DNA of 62,713 nucleotides from Octopus sinensis (lineage: Eukaryota). Each line of letters starts with the position of its first letter. Positions within the stretch are counted from its first letter, which is position 1. This document shows, piece after piece, positions 11,788 to 25,145 of this stretch. The stretch lies in contig NW_021831996.1 in NCBI RefSeq assembly GCF_006345805.1, positions 1 through 62,713 of the forward strand, read 5' to 3'. The notes beneath the pieces were generated by a model. It ran no database searches. It worked only from the letters and a program-made list of their open reading frames with translations, and was not told the DNA's origin. A program made the translations under genes and the position numbers.

Positions 11788-12679
11788 AATGAGATTACGT
11801 AATATTTCCTGTGTTTTCTTTGTCAGGGGCGGAGCGGGGCACTCGCTGAATATTTCAATGAGTTTGTTGTTCGTTGGTTTTGTCCTCTTTCATCTTTTAC
11901 TCGTTCCACTCATTGGACTACGTCATCCAGGAACATCGCTTTGAAGGGTTTACGCAAACAAACGTACACCACAACTTACTTTTAAGTCTGGTGGTATTTA
12001 TTCTCGGAATTTTTCGCCGACTCACAAAGTTAGGGGTGTAAACAAACCAACATCGGTTGTCAGGCGTTGGTGGGAGACAAAGACAAAGACACACATAAAT
12101 AGATACATACATACCTGTATGTATGTGTGTGTAAACATGGATGTATATATAGATAGATACATACATACTAGTGGCGACACCGGCTTAGCCCGAGTATAAA
12201 TTTAGTAAAATGAATGTGTAATTTCTACGAACACTGACTTCAAGTCTGTGATTGCAGCCAATAAATCGGGCTCCTTTTACTGAGCCTGGATGCAATTCAT
12301 TCATTTTTGTTAAGGCGACAGTTAGATCGCTGATGTTTGTTGTTCACTCCGCTGTGGTTATTTGATTGCTCTTATTCTATGTGCGTGTGTAAAGATCAGT
12401 TGTGTTTTTGCAGGGTTACTTTATTTTTACCCATAACTTAGAAATGGAAAAAGATATAGTGCTAGATATAAAAAAATAATAAGCTAGAAATTTGGGGCTA
12501 GAAATAAAGTAGAAAAACGTGAAACTCTTCGAGGAGGCATGTGTCCTATGCGAAACCTGAGATGAGCCCGAGTGACGCTGCTGACCTGGAGTTGCCTCTG
12601 ATACATACATAAAAACATACAAACATACATACATGTATTTATGCATATGTATACATGTGTATGTGTATATATATATATA

Positions 12680-12975
12680 TATCACCGTGATCACCGTGAC
12701 TGACCAGGCTATCAGATGTTGCTACACACCGCTGGTCACAATGCGCTTCGCATTGTTTTAGCCTTTAAATGACGCCACCCCGCTGGCTAAGCGAGCAAGC
12801 CCACAGAAGAATGAGTGAGAGAAAGTTGTGGCGAAAGAGTACAGCAGGGATCGCCACCAACCCCTGCCGGAGCCTCATGGAGCTTCAGGTGTTTTCGCTC
12901 AATAAACACTCACAACGCCCCGGTCTGGGAATGGAAACCGCGAGTCCGCTACCCTAAGAACTGGGCCATTGTGCC
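12680..12975 (-). mobile_element. SINE family C (tRNA-like head, RTE-type tail)
   Basis: Head GGCACAATGGCCCAGTTCTTAGGGTAGCGGACTC. The tail shares ACACCGCTGGTCACA and (CACGGTGAT)n with the RTE 3' end at ~19000-19060. Confidence 0.75.
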
Positions 12976-14164
12976 CCCCCACACATATATATATATATAT
13001 ATATATATGCGCGCGTGCGACAGTTTTCTCTTAGTTTCCATCTCCCAAGTCTACTCACAAGACTTTCGTCAGTCCAGGACTATAATAGAAGTCATTTACT
13101 CAAAGTAATGTGCTGGTCAACGTGGTTGAGAAGCAAACATGAATGATATAAAAAGAGAGGCAGAAACAGACTTTTGGCGGTGCATGACCTTCGCCGGAGT
13201 GTACACAGAATGGTGTATTGAAGTAAATGGTCATCAGAAGCGAATCAAAAGTGAATAAACTGAATACGCTGTTTAGTAGAGACAAGACATGGATGAGGAA
13301 GATAATGCTGTGAATGATAGATGTAGGAATTAGGAGTGGGGTTTAAGGATGAAGGTCCAGCACGTTGCTTCAGTCTTTTCTCTCAAAAGATCTGCGTAAA
13401 AAGAGATCAGGTGTTCCTGTTACCCGTTCACTTACTTCTCTGACCAAGCTGTAAGTACTACATATTGGAAGGGTTTACTGTAACCAAACACTTAACTGTG
13501 TAAAACCCAGTCGACCTAGCTGTAAATAGACACCGGTGTAATATTGTCCATTGTACAGTAGCTATAGCCAAAACAGCTGCCAATAACTATGCTTACGTAA
13601 CAATGAGTAGTTCCTTTTCAGTAGTATAGTTGTCTCTATTGTATTCATGGTCAAGGCATTTAGCACTCAACAGTCCAGCATTGAGGAATTAACAACTGCC
13701 GAGACTTTGATACGTATTCCGTTAGATGTTGTGGGTGTAGAGTGGTTCAGAATTTCGCTTCGCAATGACGAGGCCCTACGTTCGATCCCAGCACATAGCA
13801 TCTTGGGCAAATATCATTTTCTATAGCCCTGAGTGAAATTGGATAGATGGAAACTGTATAGAAACGAGTCGGGAGGATTGTACCTGTAAATTAAATGTAT
13901 AATTATGTCGTACACCGTGTTGCTCAAATTCGGACTGAGTATTACATTAAGGGAACCCGTATCTTTGGAATGCTCAGATTTAAATTTAGGTGCAAGTAAT
14001 TCAGGTGATCGAACAGCGAATAACAAAGATCCACCAGAATGTTAGACGTTATTAGACGTTATAAGTAGAAATTTTGTAAGAGAAAAGTCAAGCGTGTACT
14101 TGAGAAGGTGAATGAGTACAGTCAAAATAATAAAAAAGAAGAAACTATCAACGGTCTTTCTCGA

Positions 14165-14370
14165 GTCAGTGTCTCCTAAACCCTGTTAGCCGGGTTCTGC
14201 CGAGTATGTATTCCCCACTCACTGGACGGGATGCCGGTCCATCGCAGGATTAGTCACTTTTGCAGCAACGTGAAATAAACTGTTTTGCTCAAGAACATAA
14301 TGCATCGTTCGGTCCAAGAAACGAAACTACAATCTTACGATCACGAGTGCAACCATTAAGTCACGTGCCT
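14165..14370 (-). mobile_element. Degenerate SINE with V-domain-like segment
   Basis: CTGGACGGGATGCCGGTCCATCGCAGG on the plus strand; tRNA-like head at the right end. Confidence 0.5.
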
Positions 14371-15527
14371 TCAGTCGAAATATAAGAAACAAACTGCAAT
14401 TCTTAGTTCAGAAGAGGAAGAAATATAGGCCTGCTGCAACGTAAACGATAATGCAGCTGCTCAACAAGCGATAGATGAGTGGTTCGAGTCATGTTAGCCG
14501 TCCTGTTCCTTTTACTTCAAACTGGGGTTTCTAATATCTGCCATCTTACTAATAACGAGCAACAGCCTCTTATTGTTTAACACCCACCTCGGCTGGCTGT
14601 GGTTAAACAGACCTATGATCTAAGGCTTTCAAATCATGGTTCTCGCATTTATTTTTTGAAACAGCTTATCTAATACTAAGAAATGTACTCTTCTATTTTT
14701 AAGGCAACAAGCATTTGATAGGAGAGAGATTTGACTACTTACTAACAGGTCGAAATACCACGTTGAGACACTTCTGTTTCCTTGTCAAGCTGCAAATTGT
14801 TGCTTTATTTTAACCATAGGTCTGCCTTGATAGAGATGAACTGTGATCAACGACGTTCCAGCCATGACTATGCCATCATATTTTCAGACGCACTATGTCA
14901 TCGAGGATTATATTATCAAGTATGTCATTCCTTGTTTAATATGGCAAAATAACAATTGCGGATATAAAGCTGCTATTTCTAGGAAGCCGATCGACCACTT
15001 TGCCATATCTTGATATAATCTTTCTGCATTGTGTCTGCAGGGCACGACTATGGTAGAACAGTAGACAGAGGTTTGCTTTGCAATCACAGGGCTCCACGTT
15101 CGAAGAATTTGTGCGGAATAGACAAATGTCTTTAAATACAGAAATCTTCTTACCTTATGCGTAATCTGTATATAAATGAATAATACATACATACATACAT
15201 ACATACATACATACATACATACATACATACATACATACATACATACATACATACATACATACATACATACATACATACATACATACATACATACATACAT
15301 ACATACATACATACATACATACATGATTATTGCTTTATCTTGAAAGATGATAGCCGTCGTTATTAAGCTAAATTCTCAACTTCGTTTGTGTTACACTAAG
15401 ACAGATCTTAAGACTAACAGTTGGCTCACAAAGCCTCAAACATATGCGGCAGATACATTTTTAAAACCTATTCGACTGATTAAGTCTGGCACACCATCAC
15501 ACCTCCATCGCTACAGGACAGTAAGAG

Positions 15528-15975
15528 TATTTCTTTATTCACCATAAGTTTGAGAAAAAGAGGGGACGATAAGACGACAAAACAAACATTGGGGTCAGGG
15601 TATCGAATGAGACGAAACGTATGAATAAACAAACAATTAAAATATATACAATTAAATGAGAATGAGTGATTAACAAAAAATGAAGTGGAGGACACGGTTG
15701 ACCCCACAAACCACATACTCACACTGAAGACTTTGTTTTCTCCCTTTTTATATTCTCGTTTAAACAGATTCTTTCACTCGCAACATACTTGCTATATACT
15801 TCCATCTTTTACGAAACACACTTTGCGACAGGCATTTCTTCTCCAGCCTTATTTTCCGTTTCATGTGGAAAACGAAAAAGTCGATTAGCTCGAGACTGGA
15901 GATGAACATGCCTGTTGCAATTCCTTTCACTCTCGTCTTCCATACTACCTCTTTTGCCACAGCAATAGTAAGAAA
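15528..15975 (-). mobile_element. Tx1/L1-like LINE 3' end
   Basis: IAVAKEVVWKTRVKG..FFVFHMKRKIRLEKKCLSQSVFRKRW, then a UTR ending GTGAATAAAGAAATA. Clade assigned from recalled motifs. Confidence 0.5.
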
Positions 15976-16579
15976 GAGACAAGATGAACCAGATGAAACA
16001 TCTGTATGTCATTGCATTAAACTGACGTGTGCTTGTACAACGTGTATCCCACTCTCTAAGCATCAACCAACAGGAGGTTTGATTTCAGAGTGCCATCCCT
16101 TAAACTTTTCCTTTCAATGGATATCTTCATACATACATACTTACATACATGCATGCATGTATGCTTGCATCTATCCATCCATACATCCATCCATCCATAC
16201 ATACATACATACATACATACATACATACATACATACATACATACATACATACATACATACATACGATTTCTGATATACGTACATGACTAGCAAGTTTGAG
16301 AAATGGAAGTGTTAATGAAATACAAAGTTGATCTCGGCGAAACTTGAAACCAGAACGTAAAGAGCGCGAAGAAATACCGTATGATAGTATCGCTGATGTT
16401 CCAATGATTCTACAAGCTTGCCACCTTATATATGAAAACAAAGATGCTAGAGTCACTTCGACTTCCCAAAGTACTACATAACCATTATCAAGGCCATAGA
16501 CAATCTAACTCCGCCTTGGACCACCATTCAGCAGGAAGTGGTTAAGTGGTTCGGTTCGTAGTGATAGGATACAGTATCT

Positions 16580-16902
16580 CAGCACTCCGTCGGTTACGAC
16601 GATGAATGTTCCAGCTGATATGATGAATAGAACAGCCTGCTTGTGAAATTAACATGCAAGTGGCTGAGTACTCCACAGACGCGCGCACTCTTAAAGTAGT
16701 TCTCAGTAAGATTCCGCATGATACAGAATGTGACAAGGCTGGCCCTTTGATAGACTAGTATAAGTATTTTTTGCCAGCTGAGTGAATTGCAGCAATGGGA
16801 AATTAAGTGTCTTGTTTACGGACATTGAATGTTGTTCAAGGATACCGAACTCACAACCTTACGATCATGAGCCGCATGCCCTAACAACTAAGCTACGCAC
16901 CT
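16580..16902 (-). mobile_element. SINE family D (tRNA head + CORE-like domain)
   Basis: GGTGCGTAGCTTAGTTGTTAGGGC..GGTTGTGAGTTCG head, AAGACACTTAATTTCCCATTGCTGC segment. Confidence 0.6.
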
Positions 16903-17610
16903 TCACTCAGTATCACAGGATACAATATCACAGAGATATATTTCAAAGAAACACTCGTTCTGTGATTCTGTTCATACGCTCTCCTTATTGTTGTTCTTGT
17001 TAGAGTTGCTGTGGCTATTTTCGTAGTTATTCGTATTTTTATCTCCTCAGTGTTTCACACCTCCACCTCTTTCCCTTCTATCATTTCAGTTCTGTCGTCC
17101 TTTCGAATTTCGAAACTTTTCTCCCATTAAAACCTAATCAAAAGAAAATTTTCTCACTCCGCTTCGTTGCGAAATGAGTTCTTCGAAGAAATCAAAGACA
17201 AAAAACACACAAATGGGATTTCCATGATTTTCTGTTGTTGTTCTTCTTCTTCTTTGGAAGACATTATTCCTCGAAGAGTTTTCTACAATATGTTTTTAGT
17301 AGTTTGGTTTTACTGTAGATTCTGTTGATGCAGTCGTTGATGTTGATGTTCTTGTGCTGGTCTTATTGCATTTGACGCTGTTATTTTTCTGTTACAGTTA
17401 AAGATGATATTTTTGTTGCTCTCCTTGTTGTTGTTGCTGCTGCCCTGATATTTTTCTGTTGCTGTTATTTAGCTTGTAGTTTCAGTTGTTGTCGTTGTTA
17501 AGTTGTCATTGATCTTACTAACAGCGATGTTTTCTTTCTTGCTTCTTTTTCCAGAGGAGCCAAAAAATGTGAGACAGTTGGTGCCACTCACATTTGGAGA
17601 ACTGGATCAT

Positions 17611-17695
<85 letters not shown>

Positions 17696-17840
17696 AACTA
17701 CCACTACTACTACTACTACTACCACCACTACTACTACTACCACTACTACTACTACTACTACCACTACTACTACTACTACCACCACCACCACTACTACTAC
17801 TACCACCGCCGCTACTACTACTACTACAACTACTACTACT

Positions 17841-17872
<32 letters not shown>

Positions 17873-17886
17873 AACCACTACTACTA

Positions 17887-17937
<51 letters not shown>
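17611..17937. repeat. (CTA/CCA)n trinucleotide array
   Basis: Direct reading. It explains the poly-L/V/Y ORFs in the track. Confidence 0.95.
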
Positions 17938-18941
17938 GCATCTTTTGTATTCCTCCCGTGCGGAACTGGTCTCGAATTAAATGTATGTTTAATAAACTAA
18001 ACAGATGAGTTTAATCTGCAACTGAATTTCTAAGTATTTCTTATAGCAGACACACAGATTAACTAATAACCTCCCCATGTTCAAACCTCACCACCAAAAT
18101 CCACAAATCTAGAATTTGGGGTTATCTTGTGAAATGAAATTTTGTAGAACGACGATGGAGTTTCGAATAAGGCTAAATTCTTCATTTATACATACGTTAA
18201 CTTTATCTTTCACCATATACTGGTTTCAGTCAAAGGATAGTGGCCATACTGGAGCATCGCCTTTGCAGGTTTTAACCAAACGAATCGATTCCAGGACATA
18301 TTCTTGGAAGCCTGGTACTAAGTCTCTGGGTCGTTCAATTTTTCTCAACAGACAAATGGGACGATTGAGTAAATCTATCAATAATGAACCTATAACGACT
18401 ACTGGAAACAGCTGTAAGTCAAATTTACTACAATAATGAAAAGTATGTAATGACTATTATTGTCTTGTATAACACTTTATGTAAAAGCCAGTATAACTGG
18501 AGCACAACCACGGATTTACAATATGGAATGGTGATGAGCTGTAATCACTGACCGTGCTACAAGAATATGTGGAGTTCTTTACTAATCTAAACAATACATG
18601 TTAGCCTTGTGTACTAACAGAGAGCTTATGAAATATTTCGCCCAGTTTGAGAATCTCTTACTGATAATGCTGATATATATACATACATACATACATGCAT
18701 ACATACATACATACATATATATATATATAATATATATATATATTATATATATATATTATATATATATATATATTATATATATATATATACATATTATATA
18801 TACATATATATATACATATATATATACATATTATATATATATACATATATATATATATACATATATATATATACATATATATATACATATATATATACAC
18901 ATATATATATATATACATATATATATACATATTATATATAT

Positions 18942-18997
<56 letters not shown>

Positions 18998-19002
<5 letters not shown>

Positions 19003-19680
19003 CTTGATCACCTTGACCGACCAGTCCATCAGGCGTCCATTTGACACCGCTGGTCACAGCACCCTGTCCACTCCTCTCTAGATCGCGCCTTTCTCATCCA
19101 CGTGATCCCAATCGTCCTCCTGAAATTGTAACTCCACCGTCGTGGAGGTCTTCTGGGTGGTCGTTTCCGCTCGCGCGAGTACCACTCGACAACTGCGCGG
19201 GTCCACCGATTATCGGTAAGCCGAGCGACGTGTCCAGCCCATCTAAACTTGCTGCGTGTATACTCTGCAATGACATCCCTCACGCCGGACTTCTTTCTGA
19301 TGATCTCGCTACTGATGTGCTCTCTCAACGAGATACCAAGCATTGACCTTTCCATGGCTCTTTGAGCCGTTACCATCTCTGCTCTTCTCTCTTTGTGGTA
19401 GCCCATGTTTCACTACCATATAACATTGCAGGTAGAACTGTACTGTTGATGAGGTTGGCGCGGGTGGTCCTTTCCAACCTTCCCTTGAACACATCCCTTA
19501 TACCATTAAACGTCTTCCATCCGGCCCTTACTCTCCGTGAGATCTCCTTTTCGATATCTCGGCACATATTCACTTCCTGTCCCAGGTAGACATATTCCTT
19601 TACTTCTTCTATTTCATCACTGCCGATCACCATTCGACCTGTTTGTACGTTGTCTGGCCGCATGAACTCCTGAACTCCTG
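18998..19680 (-). mobile_element. RTE-clade LINE, 5'-truncated, in (TA)n
   Basis: YVYLGQ, MLYGSETW, KFRWAGHVARLTDNRWT, RPPRRW; tail (CAAGGTGAT)n. Confidence 0.9.
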
Positions 19681-19707
19681 ATATATATATATATATATAT
19701 AATATAT

Positions 19708-19765
<58 letters not shown>

Positions 19766-19945
19766 GACGTGCTTCTTTCAGTTTTCGTCTACCAAATCCA
19801 CTCACAAGGCTTTGGTCAACCCGAGGCTATAGTTGAAGACACTCGCCCACGTTGTCACACAGAGGGACTGAACCCGGAATTATGTGTTTGAGAAGCAAAC
19901 TTCTTACAACACAGCCACGCCTGCACCTCTACATACATACATACA

Positions 19946-19994
<49 letters not shown>

Positions 19995-20200
19995 TTGAAT
20001 AATTGAGTGAATTATCTTATTAAGGATAATTCGAAAGATAACCGATACCTGGGTAGCAAATCCACATCAGAAAGAACACGGTTGAAGCTACGTCCCTAGG
20101 GCATAGACTACGTGTCTTCGTGCGGAAATTTGTATGTTTATTTTAAAATTTTAAGTATATGAAAGAATGGAGTTGAACGACTAGTTAACAAATATCCTTT

Positions 20201-20285
20201 ATTCTCGACATATGTTTCGAAGGCTGCATATTCCTAATTCCGCAGGAATAAGGAGTACATTATGCAGATTTCTCATCAGGAAAAT
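20201..20285 (-). ncRNA. Type I hammerhead ribozyme (H2, left arm)
   Basis: Reverse complement of 20366-20450. Confidence 0.8.
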
Positions 20286-20365
20286 CAAGGAACTTATGTC
20301 GACATCAAAATGCACCGGTCAGTTAAAAGTTTTTTGTGCATTTTGATGTCGACATAAGTTCCTTG

Positions 20366-20450
20366 ATTTTCCTGATGAGAAATCTGCATAATGTACTCCT
20401 TATTCCTTCGGAATTAGGAATATGCAGCCTTCGAAACATATGTCGAGAAT
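20366..20450 (+). ncRNA. Type I hammerhead ribozyme (H2, right arm)
   Basis: Stem I ATTTTC/GAGAAT, CTGATGA, stem II GAA/TTC + CTGCATA/TATGCAG, GAAA, palindromic stem III ACATATGT, GUC site (20442-20444). Confidence 0.85.
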
Positions 20451-20601
20451 AAAGGATATTTGTTAACTAGTCGTTTAACTCCATTCTTTCATATACTTAT
20501 ATATATATATATATATATAGTTCAAATTTATAGGAAACAAAATACAGGTGAAGGAACAGCGAATGGGTGTATTAGGTTAACGCTTGAGAAGAATAGAAAA
20601 G

Positions 20602-20638
20602 TCTTTGAATTTCGAGTCTACACCCTTCGACAGAAAGG
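20602..20638 (-). ncRNA. Degenerate hammerhead-like motif, family H7 (U6)
   Basis: CCTTT CTGTCGA A GGG TGTAGA CTC GAAA TTC AAAGA. Homologous to 40662-40699, including the downstream flank. Confidence 0.35.
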
Positions 20639-20737
20639 ATTTAGAGGGACAAAAACGGAGAGACAAAAAAAAGAGTTTAGTGATTAACAGTTTAACATTA
20701 TGAAATGGCCGGAAGAAAGAGGCTGAACGAAAGGAAG

Positions 20738-20792
<55 letters not shown>

Positions 20793-21219
20793 TAATAAAA
20801 ATAATAATAACGATGTATCGGAGGAATGGTGTCCCTTGTGTGTATGTGAGAATGGTGGGTGTGAGTGTGTATGTATGTTTGTAAATGTGTGTGTGTGTGT
20901 GTGTGTGTGTATTTTATTTACTATCAAACTGAAGTGAGACTGCTTGATCCGGGTCCTATAGTGCTGGCAAATAAGCTATATCTATTTGTATAGCTCAGTT
21001 TTCATTGTCATTGCTGTTGACGCATTTTTTTCCTTATTCTGATCGATCCTGTCATTTGGACATGCTGCACTTGTTTCCTGTTTCCTTGTTGTTGGTCTTC
21101 ACAATGTTAACATTTTTGTCTTTTCGATTCGCCATTGCCATGCTTTCCATTTTGCTTTTGTTGGCGCTGTTTCTACTGTTCTTGATGTTTTTTGTCGATA
21201 TTGTTGTTGTTGTTGTTGA

Positions 21220-21254
<35 letters not shown>

Positions 21255-21344
21255 TGTCTTTTGTTGTTTTTATTGGCGATATGTTCCCTCTCATTGCTGA
21301 GCTTCACCATATCATAACAGCGGTGTGTTGTCAAGAGTTAACAA

Positions 21345-21510
21345 CTGCATAATAGGGAAAAATGGAGACCACCTCCCCCTGTGGGATGAAGTTAAAATAA
21401 TAGACAGAGAAAAACCACTGGAAAATACGAAAACTAAAAGAAGCAGCACATATGATAGGACACAACAACCTCCTAAGCAGACCGAGTGCAGATATGAGCA
21501 GCATTAAGGA
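21345..21510 (+). mobile_element. PLE GIY-YIG C-terminal fragment (separate lineage)
   Basis: HLPLWDEVKIIDRE, then after a frameshift WKIRKLKEAAHMIGHNNLLSRPS. Confidence 0.55.
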
Positions 21511-21561
21511 AGGATAGAAAAATATTAGATTTATAAGCCCTAAAGTTCACTCCATAATTGC

Positions 21562-21640
21562 CTACGGGCGTAGTGGTTAAGAGCGCGGGCTACCAACCCC
21601 AAGATTCCGAGTTCGATTCCAAGAGGTGACCTGAATAATA
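21562..21640 (+). mobile_element. Short tRNA-derived SINE
   Basis: A box TAGTGGTTAAG, B box GTTCGATTCC, (AAT)n tail; no complete cloverleaf. Confidence 0.55.
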
Positions 21641-22046
21641 ATAAGAAGAAGAAGAAGAAATTTCCCCCAAGACAGCCGAAGCGTTGTGTTAACAACAAAC
21701 AAGAGGTCAAATATGCGTTTATGTAAATAATGTACATAATTCCTCATCTCTTAAATTTAGAACTGTATTAACAATCACAAAAATAAGAAAAATAAGAATA
21801 GCAGCAACAAAATTTGTGGGAAGGAATTAAGTCGATTACATACACACACATACACACATATATATATAGAGGTAGGCGTCGCTGTGTTTACTTCCCAACC
21901 GCGTAGTTCTGAGTTCAGTCCCGCTACTTGACTTTTGGGCTGTGTTTTCTACTATAGCATCGAGCCGATCAAAGAATTGTCAGTGGGTTTGATAGACGAA
22001 AACTTAAAGAAGCCCGCCGTATATATATATGTGTGTGTATATATAT

Positions 22047-22259
22047 ACGTTAGCACGTCGGGCGAAATGCTTAGCGGTATTTCGCCTCTCTATATGTTCT
22101 GAGTTCAAATTCCGCCGAGGTCGACTTTGCCTTTCATCCTTTCGGGGTCGATAAATTAAGTACCAGTTACGCACTGGGGTCGATGTATCCGACTTAAGCC
22201 CTTTGTCTGTCCTTGTTTGTCCCTCTGTGTTTAGCTCCCTGTGGGCAATAAAGAAATAA
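22047..22259 (+). mobile_element. SINE family A, slightly 5'-truncated
   Basis: Family A body and tail 1. Confidence 0.85.
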
Positions 22260-22912
22260 GTATATATGTGTATGCGTATATGTGTGAGTGTGATATGCGT
22301 GTGTGTGTGCTTCTATATATGCGTGCGTGTGTGTCTGTGTCTATGTCCTCTACCGCTTGACAACTGCGGTTCGGCCAAAAGGACCAACAGAATACGTTGC
22401 AGGTTTTGAAAATATAAGTACCGGAGTCAATTTGTTGGGCTAAAATTAGTGACGGCAGTGCCCTAGTATGGCCGTACATATAACAGCTGGTTTTGTTTTG
22501 GAGAGCAGAAGAAGAGTCTCTTGAATTTCAAATGTATGGTGATAAAACTGTTTGTGTCATACATATTGTATTTGTTGCCGATGTTGTTGATGTATATTTT
22601 ATTTGTTTTTTTTTCTTGTTTTTTTTTTTTGGTGCAATTGAATTTGTTATAATTATTGTAGTCTTTCCTGTTGTGACTACTTCAGTGGTTATTGCTCTTT
22701 ATAAATTATATCATTTTTGATATTTGATAGCGATCGTGTGTGTGTGCATGTGTGCGTGCGTGCGTGCGTGTGTATGTATTTATATGTATGTGTGGTGTGT
22801 GTGTGTGTGTATGTGTGTGTGTGCGTGTGTGTGTGTGTATGTATTTATGTGCATTATCCTTATCATCATCCAGGGGAGTGGATTTGTAGAATCGTTAGAA
22901 CATTCAACAATA

Positions 22913-23042
22913 CAGGGTGTCCACAAAGTCTGGGTACATGGAGTAAATAAAATCATAACATCAAGAATTAAATATAAGAAATAATAATAATTTCTTAAAG
23001 TATGTGTTAATCCCCATGTACCCAGACTTTGTGGACACCCTG
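22913..23042. mobile_element. Tc1/mariner MITE (130 bp)
   Basis: Perfect 29-bp TIRs CAGGGTGTCCACAAAGTCTGGGTACATGG; TA on both sides. Confidence 0.9.
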
Positions 23043-24155
23043 TACATCTTGCGGTATTTCGTTACTCTTCATCCTTAGAGCGTCGATAAAATAAAGCACC
23101 AGTGAAGTACTTTGGTCGAAATAATTGACTGCTCCATTCCCCGATTTTGAGAGTTGAGTGTCTATGTAAGAGAATTATCATCAATAGTGAATCATCAACA
23201 GCGTGCTTCAATTTTAAGAAAGCATATACCTGCACGAGCAATTTGCTGCTTTTTGAATATTTATTTTCAGAACGAATCGCAATTCACAACCATTTGCAAC
23301 ACTAACAAAGATCAAACAATACACTTGTACGGAATACACAACTAATTTCCAAGCGAAATATAGCATGAAAAGAAGAGGATACTAACGCAAATTTCGTATT
23401 TGAGTTCTGAGTTCTGAGCTCAAATCCCTCCGAGGTCCACTTTGCATTTCATCCTTTCGTGGTCGATAAAATTAAGCACCAGTTGAGCTCTGGAGGTTGA
23501 TGCAATCGACACCCATTTCCGCTGAACTTTCTGGCCTTGCGTCATAATTTGAAACTATTATTATTATGATTATTATTGTTGCTGTTGTTGTTGTTGTTAT
23601 TGAGTGAGGGAGCAGCGCATGCCATCAAAGTGACATTGGGGTAAAATATACGAAGCCCAGTATACCCGTCTAATAAGGGTACACAGACATATGCATCACA
23701 ACCATATGTGCATGACATGGTGATCTTATATCAAGATAAAAAGCGCATGGCCTTGCAGGTGGAACCTAGTTAGAATGTTCTTCATGTCAAGTAGCCCATC
23801 CCGCTCAACAGGTCCCTGAATAAGGTTTGTTTAAGGATGACGAACGAAATAGACATGTTTCCAGAGGTGAACTATTCAAACCCCAAAGATTTCCTCTCAT
23901 CACATGGCAATGATGCCCCCCCCCCACTACTTCTGCTTGTTATCAGAGATGCACATATCGTCAGCCACTAAGGGACATGCTCAACTGGTTAAGGTCAAAC
24001 AACTGACAAGCAAATCTGTGGTATTGAGCAGAATATTTACTGCAGCCCATCTGTTATGCCATGACAAAACAATGTACGTGGTAACACTTCCAACCAGTTA
24101 AGATCAGAAGCCATGAGATCCACTACCTGGTATTGCATCAGGGAAATTATTATTA

Positions 24156-24203
<48 letters not shown>

Positions 24204-24211
24204 TATTATTA

Positions 24212-24333
24212 TCGGCCGAGGTCGACTTTGCTTTTCATCCTATCGGGGTCGATAAATTAAGTATCAGTCAAGTGTTGGGGTTGACTTACCCCAAAAATTT
24301 CGAGCCTTTTACCTACAGTAGAAAGGATTATTA

Positions 24334-24372
<39 letters not shown>

Positions 24373-25145
24373 TTATTATCATCATTGCCTTTGCACAGCT
24401 TCTAACGCTGGAGATGTACTACGGTTTCAGCTGTTCACTACAATTGAACTAAGGTAACACTTCTTATTTTTCGAGCATCTTCCGCAGTATCCGAGCGGTT
24501 CCAAGCAGTGCTATTTTCTGCAATGTATTACTCAACATTTTTACTCACTGTTCCCAGAGCTCCGACAATTATTGGTACTACCACCACCTTTTTCATCGAC
24601 CACAACTACTTAACCTCACCAAGTTCCGCCAAAATCGACTATGCCTATCATTCTTTCGGGTCGATAAATTAAGTACCAGTGAATCACTGGGATCGATGTA
24701 ATCGACTAATCTCCTCCCGCCAAATTTCGGGTCTAGTGCCTTTAGTAGGAAGGATTATTATTATCAAAGCTGTGAGCTTGTAAAATCGTTAGCATTCCGG
24801 ACAAAATGCTTAGCGGCATTTCTTACGTCTTTAGGTTCTGAATTTAAATGCAACCGAAGTCGACTTAGCCTTTCATCATTTCGAAGTCGATAAAATAAGT
24901 ACCAGTTGAGTACTGGGGTCGAGAAAATTGACTTATCCCTCTAAAATTTCAGGTCTTATGCCTATAGTAGAAAGAATTCTTCTTATCATATCAACGAGTT
25001 GGCAAAATCGGTATTATGCTGGAGAAAATGCTTTCGGAGTCGATAAAATAAGTACCAGTTAAATACTGGGCTCGTTGTAACCGAATAGCGCTCCCCCCCC
25101 CCAAAAAAAATTTCAGATCTTGCGCTTATAATAGAAGGAATTATT
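24212..25145 (+). repeat. Cluster of degenerate SINE A fragments
   Basis: At least four GTCGATAAA(T)TAAGTACCAG segments separated by (ATT)n. Confidence 0.7.
24386..24620 (-). mobile_element. R4/Dong-like (RLE) LINE 3' end
   Basis: VVVVPIIVGALGTVSKN..QKIALLGTARILRKMLEK* (stop 24464-24466); abuts an (AAT/AAC)n tract. Confidence 0.65.

Larger units (their letters stand above)
20152..20499. mobile_element. Fold-back element: 164-bp inverted arms, 20-bp spacer, one HHR per arm
   Basis: Arms 20152-20315 and 20336-20499 with 2 mismatches by eye. Part of an insertion (~19993-20499) flanked by (TA)n. Confidence 0.9.

Noticed and set aside
12165-12210. Helitron-like 5' motifs (ACTAG..CCGG..CCCG) here and at ~42928
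   Set aside because: No convincing 3' hairpin/CTRR end could be located by eye.
12525-12561. TCGAGGA G GCAT..ATGC GAAAC motif
   Set aside because: The core 5' strand and cleavage triplet are too decayed, and there is no second copy here to support it.
21562-21640. Functional tRNA gene
   Set aside because: A and B boxes are present but there is no acceptor stem, and it ends in (AAT)n, so it is SINE-like.
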